Source of the DNA: Octopus bimaculoides
Lineage: Eukaryota
Assembly: GCF_001194135.2 (NCBI RefSeq)
Contig: NC_068987.1
Location: forward strand, 98,672,610-98,729,416
DNA length: 56,807 nucleotides
Direction: 5' to 3'
Position 1 is the stretch's first letter. Each line of letters begins with the position of its first letter. The position numbers were made by a program, and so were the translations under genes. Below, in pieces: positions 13,105-26,104 of the stretch. Under the pieces are notes generated by a model. The model searched no databases and was not told the origin of the DNA. It was given only the letters and a program-made list of their open reading frames with translations.

Positions 13105-13344
13105 GCGCAGAAACTTTGGGGAACATGATACAACCCGTTAAATCTACTCTAGCGTTTCACTAGTATTATATCATAAGAATACTTGGAAGTTGAACGGAAA
13201 AGGAACAATTGGTCTCGTACGGAATTGTAGTCAGAGCAGAAATATCGCGGAAATATCTCGCTGAATACTTCATCCGACACTCTATTTGTCCAGTCCATCG
13301 CAATATCGACAATGACAACTATAATAATAATAATAATGATAATT

Positions 13345-13771
13345 ATAATAGGCCAGATATAGTTGTCAAAGATCATGAAGAAAAAAAAATGCTTTCTAAT
13401 TGATGTATCAATACCAGCAGATGACAACGTTTCCCTAAAAGAAATGGAGAAACTTTCAAAATACAAAGACCTAGAAATAGAGGTAACTCGATTGTGGAAT
13501 CTAAAATCAGAAACGATTCCTATCATAGTGGGTGCCTTAGGTATAATAAAAAAATATTCAGACAAATACATAACAAAAACACCAGGACTTACAAATATAT
13601 ATAACATACAGAAAATTGCACTACTGGGCACTGCACATATCCTACGCAAAACACTTTTAATACAGTAACCATAAGAGCACCACAGCAAGCCACAGCCCAT
13701 ACCCAAGGCACACAGAGCTGCGCTCGGTAGTGATGTGAAAGCACGTTATAAAAATAAAACTACTGAACAAT

Positions 13772-13803
<32 letters not shown>
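13345..13803 (+). mobile_element. 5-prime-truncated R4/Dong-like LINE with restriction-like endonuclease remnant, embedded in (TAA)n
   Basis: NRPDIVVKDHEEKK/CFLIDVSIPADDNVSLKEMEKLSKYKDLEIEV...PIIVGALG...QKIALLGTAHILRK is the PD-(D/E)xK RLE C-terminus of R4/Dong ORFs (one frameshift in an A run). 3-prime UTR and (TAA)n tail follow. Confidence 0.92.
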
Positions 13804-13804
<1 letters not shown>

Positions 13805-13854
13805 TGTTTCTAACGTAGGAACAAGGCTGTAAATTTTGGAGTGGGAGAACATTC

Positions 13855-13990
13855 AGTTAAAGCAACATTGTACTCGATTGGTATTTATTTTGTGGATCCC
13901 ACAATGATGAGATGTAAAGTCTACGTTACCGGGTTTTTCCTCATAACGTTAGAATTATAAAACTGTATACAGCAAGGCATTTTAACCTAC
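13855..13990 (-). mobile_element. Degraded SINE family A
   Basis: Reverse complement resembles tctaacgtt...gactttacatctcatcattgtgggatccacaaaataaataccaatcgagtac; weak match. Confidence 0.35.
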
Positions 13991-14439
13991 GCTGTCGGTA
14001 ACATTTCGTCATAAATTTTCGACAAAACGAAAAACCACTAAGCAATATCTAAGTAATATTATTTGTTGTTAATAATGTTTTTAATATCCTTTTTTATTCT
14101 AAATGAATTTTTTTGTTTGTTTAATAATCAAACTATTACTAGTTGGTTCTTTACTCCGGATTTAATCCGTGGCAAATAAATCTGCGGTACCTAAACATTG
14201 TACTATATTTGGTACTATTAAACTTTTACTACACAAATCTTTGTTGTTGGTACTTACATTTCTTCCCCATTTTGTTAATGAATAACATGTGTGCGTGCGC
14301 GCGAGTATCGTGTGTGTTTGAATCATAAGGTTATCTAAGAGAAAATGGGCATAAAATGAATTACTTTTGGCTGGTGCATACATGTGATGTGGATAATAGT
14401 TACCAGTTTTTGAAGAAGCAGTGAGTGATTTAAGTGAAA

Positions 14440-16660
14440 TGAGCTCGGATAAGAACACGACCAAAGAAGAAGTGAGGTGGAATCATGAAAAGGGGGTGGT
14501 GAAAACACCTGACATGATATAAAGCTCTGATGATAGAAATCAAAAAGCTGTGGTCAATGAAAAAAGTGTATATTGTTCGAAGGATGCTCGAGGTACAGTG
14601 AGCAAAAAAAAAAAAAAGAAATAGCAAATGGCTGGAAATGACAAGGTAAAAAATTAAGACAGAGCATACACAGAAAACAGCATTACTTGGCAGCGCAAGG
14701 AGACTCAGTACAGTTCTAGAGACCTAAAAAGAGAGTACCTCTTTAGATTATGAGATATGAACAGCTGGTGCATTAATGACATCTCCAGCAACAAGTCACG
14801 TATGTCAGACTTCAGAATAGTAACAACAACAACAATAATGATAAACCCATTTCAATGGCTTGGATAGACTTCAAGAAGTCCTTTGATAGTCTTCCTCACA
14901 GCTGTGTAAAGGAATGCCTAGAGGCATTCAAACTTTCACGAATAACCAAGAATCTTTTTTTTATCACGTGTCACGAAGCTCTGGAAAACGAAATTAATTC
15001 TCAATATGTACACCAGAACCATAAACTCTGAAAAAGTGAATATTAATTGTGGGATATTCTAAGGAGTCGCATTATCTCCTTTGTTATTTTGTTGTGTACT
15101 GTTTTCCTGAAGTAAACTCCTGCATGAAACAAATTACGGATACAAGATGTATGGAAAAACCATCAAACAACTTCTCTATATGGACGACTTGAAGCTGTTT
15201 GCGAAAATGATCAACGAACGTAAGCACTCCTTCACACAGTTGAACAATTCAGTGATGGCATTAAAATAGTATTTGAGATTGACAAATGCGTCAATTCTAT
15301 ATTTGTGAAGGAGAAACCATCAAATACATGCAAAACCACCCTAAAGAATTACCGCGATAAAAGAATTAGGTCACTACAGAAGTTATTAGTATCAAGGTGT
15401 CTGTGAAGGAGATATAATTAAACACGCTGATGAGGCAACAGATACGAAAGCAGTCCTGTTTTAGAATAAGTGCTATTCTGAAAACCAAATTGATTGCCGG
15501 AAACAAAACACGTTAATAATAGCTGTAATGATGGCATACAAGTTCAATTTTATAAACTGGTCCATCACTGATATCAACAATATTTTTGTCAAAATGCGAA
15601 AACGTGAAAATTCATCGTATGTATTACTCAAAAGCAGACATAGACCAAATATACCTTCCGGAGAAAGAAGGCTGTAAGGAGTTAATACAATCTGAAATCT
15701 CATTGGAAGCTGCAACCATGGGACTTTCCGCGTACTTGCAAAAAGTGAACGACTGGGTATTAAGGATGAACATACCGAAACGTGGCACTCATTGAAGAAA
15801 AACACAAAAGTATACTTTCAAAAATCGTAGCTTGATGAACCGATACCCGAAGGGATTGTGCCCCTAAATGTCAAGGTAAAACAAATGAAACTATAGCCAA
15901 ACAAACCATCCTCCCAAATACTAAGGGGTAATGGGAGCGAAAACCACTGTATAATAATACGATTAGAGCAAAGTGCTCTGATGTTGACCAAATTCTTATC
16001 CAACAATGGCTGTGAAACTCTGATCCCAATCCAGAAACAGAGGAGTGTATTATTGATGGTCAGAATCGGTGCCTTCCAACTAGGATTTACCATAATAATT
16101 AATAGTCTGAAACGTTAAAGCTGATCAGTATGCCGCGTTGCTGTGATCCGGCCGCTGAAATCAGATCCGAAAGACATTCAACCACATAATGTCTTAGTGC
16201 AGCAGACTTGCATCAACAGAGTACATATCAGAGCAGCTCAATACATACACTGGCCAATATTCAGCACATACAACCGCCCTCACAAAGATAACTGGTGTGG
16301 ACATAAAACATCATTGTCTAGAAAGCTGAAGTTATAATCCTGCAGATTTCTAGAGTTGAGACTGACCGGGAAAAGTAGGCTAATCAACGAGATATTTATG
16401 TGAAAAATCATTTAAAAATATTTGCTTTTTGATTAGTGTTGCAATCAAAAACAGTTGTAAAATTGAGCAAAGATAAGTTGTGAGGATAAAAATCAGAAGA
16501 ATGTAACATCTCAAAGCACCCACATCACCTATTGTTATTGGGGTACTTGGAATGATATCAAAGGGTGCAAATATAGACCAAATTCCTGACACCTTCAAGA
16601 TGAAACAACTGCAAAAGATCATGTTCATATGTACAACATATATCTTTCGTATATTCGCCT
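14440..16660 (+). mobile_element. Old, decayed R4/Dong-like LINE (RT to RLE), preceded by a short 3-prime fragment of another copy
   Basis: Collinear fragments MAWIDFKKSFDSLPHS (about 14856), GIF*G..LSPLLF (about 15052), LLYMDDLKLFA (about 15172), RAAQYIHW (about 16230) and PIVIGVLGMISKG...QLQKIMFICTT (about 16530-16640). Many stops and frameshifts. YKALMIEIKKLWSMKKV at about 14520. Confidence 0.75.
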
Positions 16661-16879
16661 TTATGTAATTTCAATCATATTCGATTAGTGTGTTTTTTTT
16701 AAACACATATATCAGTTATTCTTCGATTGCATGGCACTTCGCCTGCTAACATCTTTAGATATAGAAACTTTTTCCTTGATATCTCTGGCTGGCATTTCGG
16801 TATCGCTGAGCCAAAACAAAAACAACGACGACGACGATGACGACTATGATAACTGAAGCACAAGAGCAACGGTTTGAAA

Positions 16880-17030
16880 CAGGTGTGGATCAATCGATCC
16901 CATGAACCCATGTGAACAATTGGTTGTGTATTTCATCAACCCGAAAGGATGAAGAACAAATTTGACCCGGCTGTATTTGAAATCAGAATGTAAAGAGCCA
17001 GAACATTTCAAGAACAATTTGTAAATTGGG
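16880..17030 (-). mobile_element. Degraded SINE family A
   Basis: Minus strand ctctttacattctgatttcaaatacagccgggtcaaatttgttcttcatcctttcgggttgatgaaat matches family A. Confidence 0.55.
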
Positions 17031-18848
17031 TCGAGCTGTACATAAGAAAGGTCTGGATACGCGAGTAGAGGGGGAAATGAAATAAAAAGCATATATATAG
17101 TATACACAATATCGGAACATATGTATAAAATAGTTATACTTATAAAGAAACCTCACAGATCAAAGATGAACCTAAGCCTCTAGGGCACATGTCATCGCAT
17201 ACGAGATGTTCTCAAAAATACAGCGGCATATTTGCAGTAGATCCATTTAGCCTTCTCATTTTTGTCAGTCACCAGCTTCGGAAAAAAATTCTCTTGGAAA
17301 GCGCTCCTCCCATTCTAACTCCTCTTTCAAAGAAGAACTTGAAAACTCGATGAGGGACTGACCGAAGAGGAAAGTGTATGTCATCATTCCTTTATGCATC
17401 GCCCACCCATGACATATTTTGTCATAGCCACTACACAAAAATAATAGGTAGAGCGCCGGATATTAAAATGTTTCCGAAAAGTCATCATTTACTTTGGCCA
17501 CTGTCCATTGCCGTGATCCGGCCACTGAAATTGGGTCCGAAACCGGTTGAGTTAAGGACTGCTGCCCAGCAGTGATTGTTGACCATATTAACATCTTTCT
17601 ACTAATACAAATTAATAATAACCTCACCAACGCCAGATTTGTTATCAACTTCTATGATGTATCTCAGGAGGTGGAAGTAGACGTAAACAGATCTAGTGGG
17701 AATGGCAAACGTTTGCGCTTCCCCGTCCTAACTACAAGTTCCAACCTTGTTGCTAACACCGTGGCCAAAATCCCAAACTTTGCATTTAGCGGTGTTATGA
17801 ACCGGAAATAATCAATAACATTCCTTTGTTAGCTTTACTATTTAGCAACGTTAACTAACCCCCAGCTCACAGAAGTAGGAATTTAATCCTTTCTACTGCC
17901 ATTTGCGAGAGACATTTGCCAGGAGGTCGCCAAACAGGTATGGAATATAATCATAAAACTCATATAGTATACCATCCAATCCGGACTTCTTGATTGCATG
18001 CAACATTATGGATTCCAATAATGTCATCCGAACATCGGGTGGTTCAATTTAAACCGGGTGGAACATTTGAACTTAGAAAGTAAAGTATCGAAACTAAATC
18101 CCACAAGGTTTAGTACCAGGTGCAATCTACTATGCCGATAATCCCTGCTTCCCTTTATAGCATGTATCATTATTACATCGTACTAATTAAAAGTAAAAAT
18201 GAACACATTATATAGTTTCAAACTTCTACCATGATCATCATTGCTTTCGTCAAGATACGTTGTCAGAGACGAAATATCTCGCCAAAGCAGTTTTATATGT
18301 GACATTAAAAACAATACGAAAACGAGACAGCGGGAAACCAGCGGAAATTGTAAAAAAATAATTAATAAACTAAATTATTGCTATTGGATATTATTAAAAT
18401 TTCCGAGATATTGTCATAATTGATTTTTTTTTTTTTGTTGGCTCAAGTTCAAAATTAATTTCCGTTAGTTGCTATCGACCATTCTCATTTCCATTCGTAT
18501 ACATATGTAGATGAGTGTAAATGAGAATCTTTTGATCTCAGTCGGATTGAGCGATGAAGAAAACAGTTTGTTCTTTCAAACAGATATCACTACTCAGCCA
18601 ACATTTACTCTCATTCTCAGAAAGAATAAATGTGCCAAGATGTATGAAATTAACTCTTTGATTTGCAGTTACAGCACATTGGAAGGGCATTTGGACAGTT
18701 TCAGCCTTTCTGTCTTCACTCATTATGATTATGCGTTGATTTGACGTTAAGGTAGAAGACACTTGCTCCAACACGGAAACTCTTGATAGCGAAGGGCACT
18801 TCTTAAGCAGTCGACCATGTTTGCGTTCCTTTACATACATATATACAT

Positions 18849-19160
18849 TTAGCTTAGTGGTTAGGGTGCTCGGCTCGCGGTCGTAAGGTCGTGAGTTTGA
18901 TTCCCAGTGGCGTATTGTGTTCTTGAGCAAGACACTTTAGTTCATGTTGCTGCAGTCCACTCAGATAGCAAAATCAGTTTTATCAATAATTCAAAGGGCC
19001 GGCCTTGTAACATTCTGTGTCACGCTGAATCTCCCTGACAACAACTGTAAAGGTTCGTATGTCTGCGGAGTGCTCAACCACTTGCACGTTAATTTCACAA
19101 GCAGGCTGTCCTGTTGATCGGATCAACTTGAATGTTAATCGTTGTAACCGACGGAATACC
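18849..19160 (+). mobile_element. tRNA-derived SINE family C (tail X)
   Basis: A-box tagcttagtgg and B-box gagtttgattccc, body gtgttcttgagcaagacactttagttcatgttgctgcagtccactcag (resembles CORE/Nin-type central domains from memory), and a tail shared with 29481-29650. Confidence 0.8.
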
Positions 19161-19185
19161 TGTTTACATACATACATACATACAT

Positions 19186-19590
19186 ACAGTTTCCTCGAAA
19201 ACATTTGCTCATTTGCACATTTGCTCACTTAAAAGTTGTTAGCGTTTATGATGTTGCATTTGATTTAGAGAACACTCAGTACGCAAAATCTTAAAGCAAA
19301 CTGATGGATCCATTAGTTGCCTAAGTTATCTAATCCTCCGAATAGCGCCATTAAGTGTTTGGTATAAACGTCATCCACTATGCTTTATACATCATCTTAG
19401 AAAGAATAGATTTTCAGCAAGACAACTATTTGCTTATCAAACTGGGGTATCCATCAAAAACAGGAAATGCACAATATAACTAAACAGTAAGTTAAAATCT
19501 ATTAACTGTAGAAAGGGACATATAAAATGGTTTCATCGATGCTTTTATTTACAATATCATTCCAAGGACTAAAGTTTTCCATACTGCTAC
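19186..19590 (+). mobile_element. Possible Tc1-like remnant
   Basis: TA-CAGT start and an in-frame DFQQDN motif at 19409-19426 (Tc1 second catalytic Asp context). The rest is not clearly alignable. Confidence 0.3.
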
Positions 19591-19740
19591 TGAAGCATAA
19601 CTGTACGAACCACTTCAGTACATCTGACTGCGAGCAAATTTTCACAATTACTGTTCTCTAGTTCACTTGAATCTAAAAATTCAGCACTGCAACGCATAAC
19701 ATAAATGGATGTTAATATGCTAGTATCAAAGAAAGTTTTA

Positions 19741-20205
19741 AGGCGGCGAGCTGGCAGAATCGCTAGCATGTCGGACTAGATGCTTAGCGGTATTTCATCT
19801 GTCTTTACGTTCTAAGCTCAAATTCTACAGAAGTCGACTTTACCTTTCATCCTTCTGAGGTCAATAAAATAGGTATCAGTTGAGCACTGGGATGGATTGG
19901 AGGTCGATATAACCGAATTAACCCCATCACCAAAATTGCTGGCCTTGTGTCAAAATTTGAAATCACTATCAAGGAAATTGATAAAGCGGTGAGCTGGCAA
20001 ATTCGTTTGCACGTCGGGTAAAATTCTTAGAGGTATTTCGTCTGTCTTTACGTTCTGAGTTCAAATTCCGATGAGGTTGGCGTTGCCTTTCATCCATTTC
20101 GGGGTCAATATAATAAGTTTCAGTTCAGCAACGGGGACGATGTAATCAACTTAGTCCCTCTACCGAAATTGCTGGTCTCGTGCCAATATTTGAAATCAAT
20201 ATCAC
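19741..20205 (+). mobile_element. Head-to-tail pair of SINE family A copies (19741-19965 and 19985-20205)
   Basis: Two consecutive units: ggcggcgagctggcagaatcg...ctgagttcaaattc...gcctttcatcc...gccttgtgtcaaaatttgaaatc. Confidence 0.85.
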
Positions 20206-20469
20206 AGAAACTGTAAAGGTCGACCTATAATTTGCCCTCAGTTTCGAATATAACTTTAATACTAATTGATTAAAAAAAGAAACAATGTTTTCCACATGCG
20301 CGCTCGCATGCAGATTCATACACAAATTAACACACTTTCAGAAGTTTTACCAGGAATGCTGATACATCATTATCGAACCATATTTGGAAGTCGATATCTT
20401 CCAGCATATCTTTTATTATGCAATACAAACTTCTCCAATAAGCAAAATCTTTCAGTAAAATAAAAACTT

Positions 20470-21990
20470 TATTATCTTCGTACCTCAGAAGTCGTTGGAA
20501 TTCCACTCTTTAAATTGCACCTCATTGAACAGCATTCCAAATTAGCCTTATGTTGCAGAAACAGGGTTTTAGTATATTACAACATTTCAAATCAATTACA
20601 TTTCTAACAATATATAAATTTATTGCAGATACACTCAAACATTTGTTGAGATTATTGCACATTTCATATAAACTTTCCAATCTATTATTATTTTCTAATT
20701 ATTACCTAGATAGAAACCACCTTTAATTTAAATTCACTAACTATATGTCTACTTACACTAACAAATATTGGTTTCAACAGATTATTATATTCCCATTATC
20801 TAATAATGTACTGGCTGATGTATACATTAGCAACAAATAAATTCGTAATGAACTTTCTAGTGAAGTTACATCTTTTTATAAATTTATTTATTTAAGCATA
20901 AACTTAATTATTGTTTCGCAATCATTATTTATATTCAATTATTAAACGTATAACGAAAAAATTCTTATTAAATAACCAATTTGTTAAACTTATTGAATTT
21001 GTATCAACGTAATGACATTTATTGCTGTCTTTCCCACCTCTGATTGACTCGATTACAATTTCTCATACATAATCACACCACCAAATAGTATACAAATCTT
21101 GTACACTAACTCATTCAAAGCTTCCCTTTTATAATTTACACTTACTCTCTTTATCTCTGCATATTTCAATCCATCATAACATTTCATATCCTTTGTTTTA
21201 ATCCAGTGTATCCACTTTCACTCGATTTAATTTGATATCGTGTTTATATAATGTTAATTAGATAATACCTTTGTTTCAACATATACGAAATTCCTTTCAG
21301 TAACAAAATCTAGTTTACAAACGTACATATTATTGGTATAACACACCTCCGTAAAAGATATTGTTATGTTAAGATTTGCAAATATTTTGATTAGATAACA
21401 CGATGGATTTAACATATATCAAATTGGTCTCTATAACAACATGTAGTTTATTCACATATGTATTTCTGATACGACCCAATCCCATATGAGATAACGTTAT
21501 TTTAAGATTTGCACACTTAATATTCCTTTTTTTGTTTGACTTTGTTTAATTCACATTATTTTCTTTATAATGCATATATTCACGTATTCATTCTTATGTT
21601 CCTTCTAATGACAACATTTCGACGCATTTTCTAAATATCTGATATATAATTTCTTTATACTATTTTGATTATATAAGACTTTTGTTTCGGTACGCATGTA
21701 AATAGTCTTAGTAACAACTTGCAGTTTCCACACAAACATAATTGATTTGACACAATCCTAAAAAAACATTATGTTGTTTTTTTATAAATACTACATTTAA
21801 TACTTTTATAGTTAAGTATTTAAGTACGAATTTAGTAAAGTTTCTTTCTCAAACTGTTGAACCTTAATAATACTCTAGTGCTCCAAATCTTTACGAATTT
21901 ATATTATTTTTTCCCCACATTTAATATTTCAATGTTATTCCTTCTAAGTCTGAATAAACAAAACTTATTTCCCTTTTATTTATAAGCTAA
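20470..21990 (-). mobile_element. Possible highly decayed LTR-retrotransposon (gypsy-like) integrase region
   Basis: Microsatellite-free, strand-biased block. Minus-strand fragments in integrase-like order: HMGLGRIRNTY...YVKS (21488 down), FE*VSVQD (about 21115), FFRY..NND (about 20940), DWKVY (about 20690). Each match is weak. Confidence 0.3.
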
Positions 21991-23069
21991 GTGTGCCGTT
22001 ACAGACAGTTATTTCACCATGCGTCTAGTTAAACTAGTGTCACGAAGTAATCGCACGAAGCAGAGCTGAGGAAAACTTATTCGTGTAAAATCATATGTAA
22101 CTTGAGTACATTCGAATGTGAGAAGATCGTCCGTTGTAGAAATATAAACAATTTTTATTCTTCGAAGCTGACGGTGCGAATGAGTATTGCAATATATGTG
22201 ACATGAATAATCACCTAGATAAATCTTTGACTCGCAAATGCCTATATAAATTTGTGTAAAGTATTATAGTTTTACTCGTAACAAAAATTAAAATATTGTG
22301 AGCGATACCTTGTTAAAATATACGAAATGCAGATTAGAGGATAGTAATACTTCAAATGTTTAAGAGTATACTGTATATCTAAATTGCTTTTTGTAAAAAT
22401 ATTATCTCTATATCCTACCCTTTAATTAATTTCATAACATTAAATGTTTGATATGATTTTCAGCAGTTTTTCTTAACAATCTCTGTTACAAGCTGAAACT
22501 TTAATTTTCAAATATCGATTTTTAAAAATTAATTTCACAAACCGTTAGTGTGTGCATCTATATTCAAATATACATTGGACATACTCATACGCACCCGTGC
22601 ACTATTTCACTAAAATTTCATTCTATTGCTATATTGTGCCTCACATCGTTTCTTCTTTGTGTTATATTGGACCGAAAACTTCACTACTTAATTCTGTACT
22701 TCCTTGTTTACCAGTGTTTGGCAGTAAGCATCACAACATCTAGCAACTTTAATATCTTTAGCTTATTTATATACGATAAACGACATTGTTTTGTATTATC
22801 AAATTCGTACAATCATACTTCACAAAAGTTTGTAGTAACTACCAAGTTTTGTTTCTGTGAACGTATAAGTAGTTTTATATAAACACACACACACACCCAC
22901 ACACACACACACACACGCACACACACACACGCACGCACACACACGCACACATACACACATACACACAAACATACATAGGAACACAAACATATGTACATAC
23001 ATGTGTATATATATATATATATATGTATGAATGTATATACCCATACATGCAGACACATACATACATACA

Positions 23070-23103
<34 letters not shown>

Positions 23104-23619
23104 CATACATACGTATGTGCATGCATACGTAGCTCAAATCTAAGCATGAAAATGAGGCAAACATGTAAATTTAGTTCGATAATGTGTAGTATATTTTGCA
23201 ATTTAAACAGGTTATTGGCTTTAAATGCTGCAATATCGCTCCACACTTAGCTTTTAATAGCATTTTCAGAGAAAAATATATTTTACGAAGTCGCTTATAG
23301 ATTTTTATGAAAAACAACTGATTTCAGACTTTAATCTTCTATCCTTAAGGGCCAATATCATAGGGAAAGTAAAAGAGATTAAATTGTCCGTATGGAAAAT
23401 TGATAAGAAGGTTGTTTGGAATTGTTTTTAATAATAAGTAAATAAAAAAAAAATCTGGAAAATATCTTTAAAATGTCAAGAAGTGCACTTTTAGTTTTCT
23501 TTTAAATTGAATTGTACAAGTAGATTCTTTTAATGTTTAAATGAAGGCTGTGCCTCAATAGCTCCAATTTCAACTTGGATAGCTAGATTAAATGAGGTTT
23601 CTTTCCTTTTGTATTATAT

Positions 23620-24520
23620 ATATTCCTTCAAAGAAAAGAAATTTCATGCTGATGTGGATATGAAATCAAATTGCTATTCTTTGTTAAACAGGCGCAATAT
23701 ATTCTGAATCCATAAACCATATATGAAGAAGAAAAAATCCAATTTCTCTGCTTAACTTACAGGGAATAAGTCTACGCATAGAAAAATTAGTTCTGCTGGA
23801 AGGAAGATTGGTAGTTTTGTTAAACTTAGAAAGACTAAGAATAAAGATGAGCAAATACTAAAAGAGTTAGTTCTCTGGGAAAGTATGAAAGGAAAGCCTC
23901 CAGCATGTGTAATGAAAGTTCAGAACTGCAAGAAAAATAACGGCAGTTTCCAGAACGACTGTCACACGAAAGGAGAAGAATCACGAATTTGCTTCTAAAA
24001 AATGAGCTAAAATGCTTCGTTTGACCAAGAAGAGGCACGAAGGACTGATTGTATTTTCCGACCAAATTATAAGAATTGCGTTTTAGACTAGTGCGGGTAT
24101 GAAGATTTGTGCTTTATAGAGGTGCTCTACAACTTTGACTTGATGGAGCTGGGGAGGGGTTTCACTCTTAGTACAGTTCAGAAACTGAAACCAGGAAGAG
24201 CTCATAATTTTCATCTACAAGTTTTGGTGAACATTAAAGATGTGACTAATTTCTCTCAATCAAACAAATAGCAAAGATTTCATCAGTGTGGTATCTCTCT
24301 TGCTTATACAGAAAAAAAGAAAGGAGAAATTGAAAAAGTAATAGAGAAAAGTTTTATGCAAACCAACTTACTAGTCGAGTCTTAGTCCAGATTATCGACC
24401 GTATTATAACTACTTGAACACATTGGATACAAACATTTTGCAGTAACATTTCCATAGGTATTTCTGAATTCCCTTCAGTTTTTCTTTTAATATATAACAC
24501 AAATGCAACAATTTTTACAA
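23620..24520 (+). mobile_element. Possible decayed L1/Tx1-like ORF2 post-RT region
   Basis: A-rich coding-like strand with LVLWESMKGKP and HEGLIVF fragments reminiscent of FxW-x-GK and GGLxxP motifs; weak. Confidence 0.25.
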
Positions 24521-26104
24521 ATCCTGATGGGGCTAAATTATTAGTCAATGAAATGTATGTACGTATGTATGTATTCTCCGTTATATTCCCCAGCGATCGT
24601 TAGGTTTCCGTCATATTCAGTAATTTTCTCAAAATTTTGGTACAAGTCGTTTATATGATCAACCGCAGTAGTTTGAACTGATCTGTATGTCTCTCCCAAT
24701 AACTAACCCATGGATTGAACTTATGCTCACCAGCTAATTAAACGTGTACACTATAACAATTCCGCATATATTCACTCTGAAAAGTCATTTAGGAATATTA
24801 TGTTATGAAAAGTAAGAACTCTATATCTAACTGTGTTATGGCGAAAGGTATAATATTTTTTTTACAGCGAAAAGAGAAGACGTTTCCATGTGGTATCCAT
24901 CTCTTTGTTCTTCCTGTTCAGATGACAAAAAACCGCGCATACGCGCTCAATCTTCCACTCACTTTATCTTCCATTGTTGTTCTCTGTCTATTATTTTGAC
25001 TTGGTGATTTATCATTGATTTCCACAAAGTATTAGCCAGGCTTTACGGTTTTTCTGTAGCATTACTTTAGTGGGCGGCAGATAGCCCCTTTATCTTCACT
25101 ACTACATCTACAAGAAGGAATACGCGCAGTTTTTTGTCATGGTCCCGTTTAAAGATACTTTTTACGAAGCATGTCACTGAATGGTCGACGTTCTTTTGTA
25201 TAATCTCTTATTTGTATATGGACTACATATCTTGCGAATTTCACCCATATGGTTTCAATCTAATGTAGATATATGGTGACCAATTTTGGCTAACATTATC
25301 GAGGATTATATCGTTGCTCATGAAAGCAGTTTTGTTTTTGGTTGGTCGTTACTCTGAAAGATCATTTTAATTCTGATCAGCTCTTGCATACGTTCGTAGG
25401 TTGTAATTTTTTCGCGAGTTTCAGGTTGTTCACAATGTTCAAATACTCTTTTGTGAATATGGAGTTGCTATATTTTGATGTTATGATTTAAATTTCATGA
25501 AAATTAGTAGTTATTCTAGCTATCTTATTTTGGCTTCAACAACTTTCCGTTTTTTATCTCATACCTAGCACATTCATGTCGTTGTTTCCCTTCTTCTCAC
25601 CTCACTTCCAATATTTAACTTAACCGTCTTCTTTTTTTTTTCTTTTACAAGTATAGAAATTGTTATTTGAAGTATCAGAAAAAATTGGCTTTTTCTGCTG
25701 ATAGTTTCATAATTGTGATATAGGTAATACATATAATATAAATCGAATTTTACTNNNNNNNNNNTGATATAGGTAATACATATAATATAAATCGAATTTT
25801 ACTGCGCACTCACACACACACACACACACACATAAGATATACAGGAAACATAAAATAATAGTCATACTAAAATATGATCATGTGCCTTTTAAACAAGATA
25901 ATGTCAAAATACAAATTTGTTCAATTTGTCATTGTTTATTTCTAACCGCCCGTTTCAAAAGAGCCACTGTTTAAGCCTAACCATTTCACTAAATTCTTTA
26001 TATCATTTCTCTAGGCCATATCAGCATGGTAGGAGATCTCTTTTCATCAGTGTGCATGCTGAGCAGTTGTAGTAGTAAACGAATCAAATGGATGCAACCG
26101 AAAA

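Noticed and set aside
18849-18910. tRNA-like sequences with A and B boxes (also 29790-29863 and 50342-50405)
   Set aside because: They continue directly into SINE bodies and lack a complete cloverleaf, so they are SINE heads and not tRNA genes.
25716-25803. Exact 39-bp direct repeat on either side of a 10-N gap
   Set aside because: Typical unmerged contig overlap; an assembly artefact until reads show otherwise.
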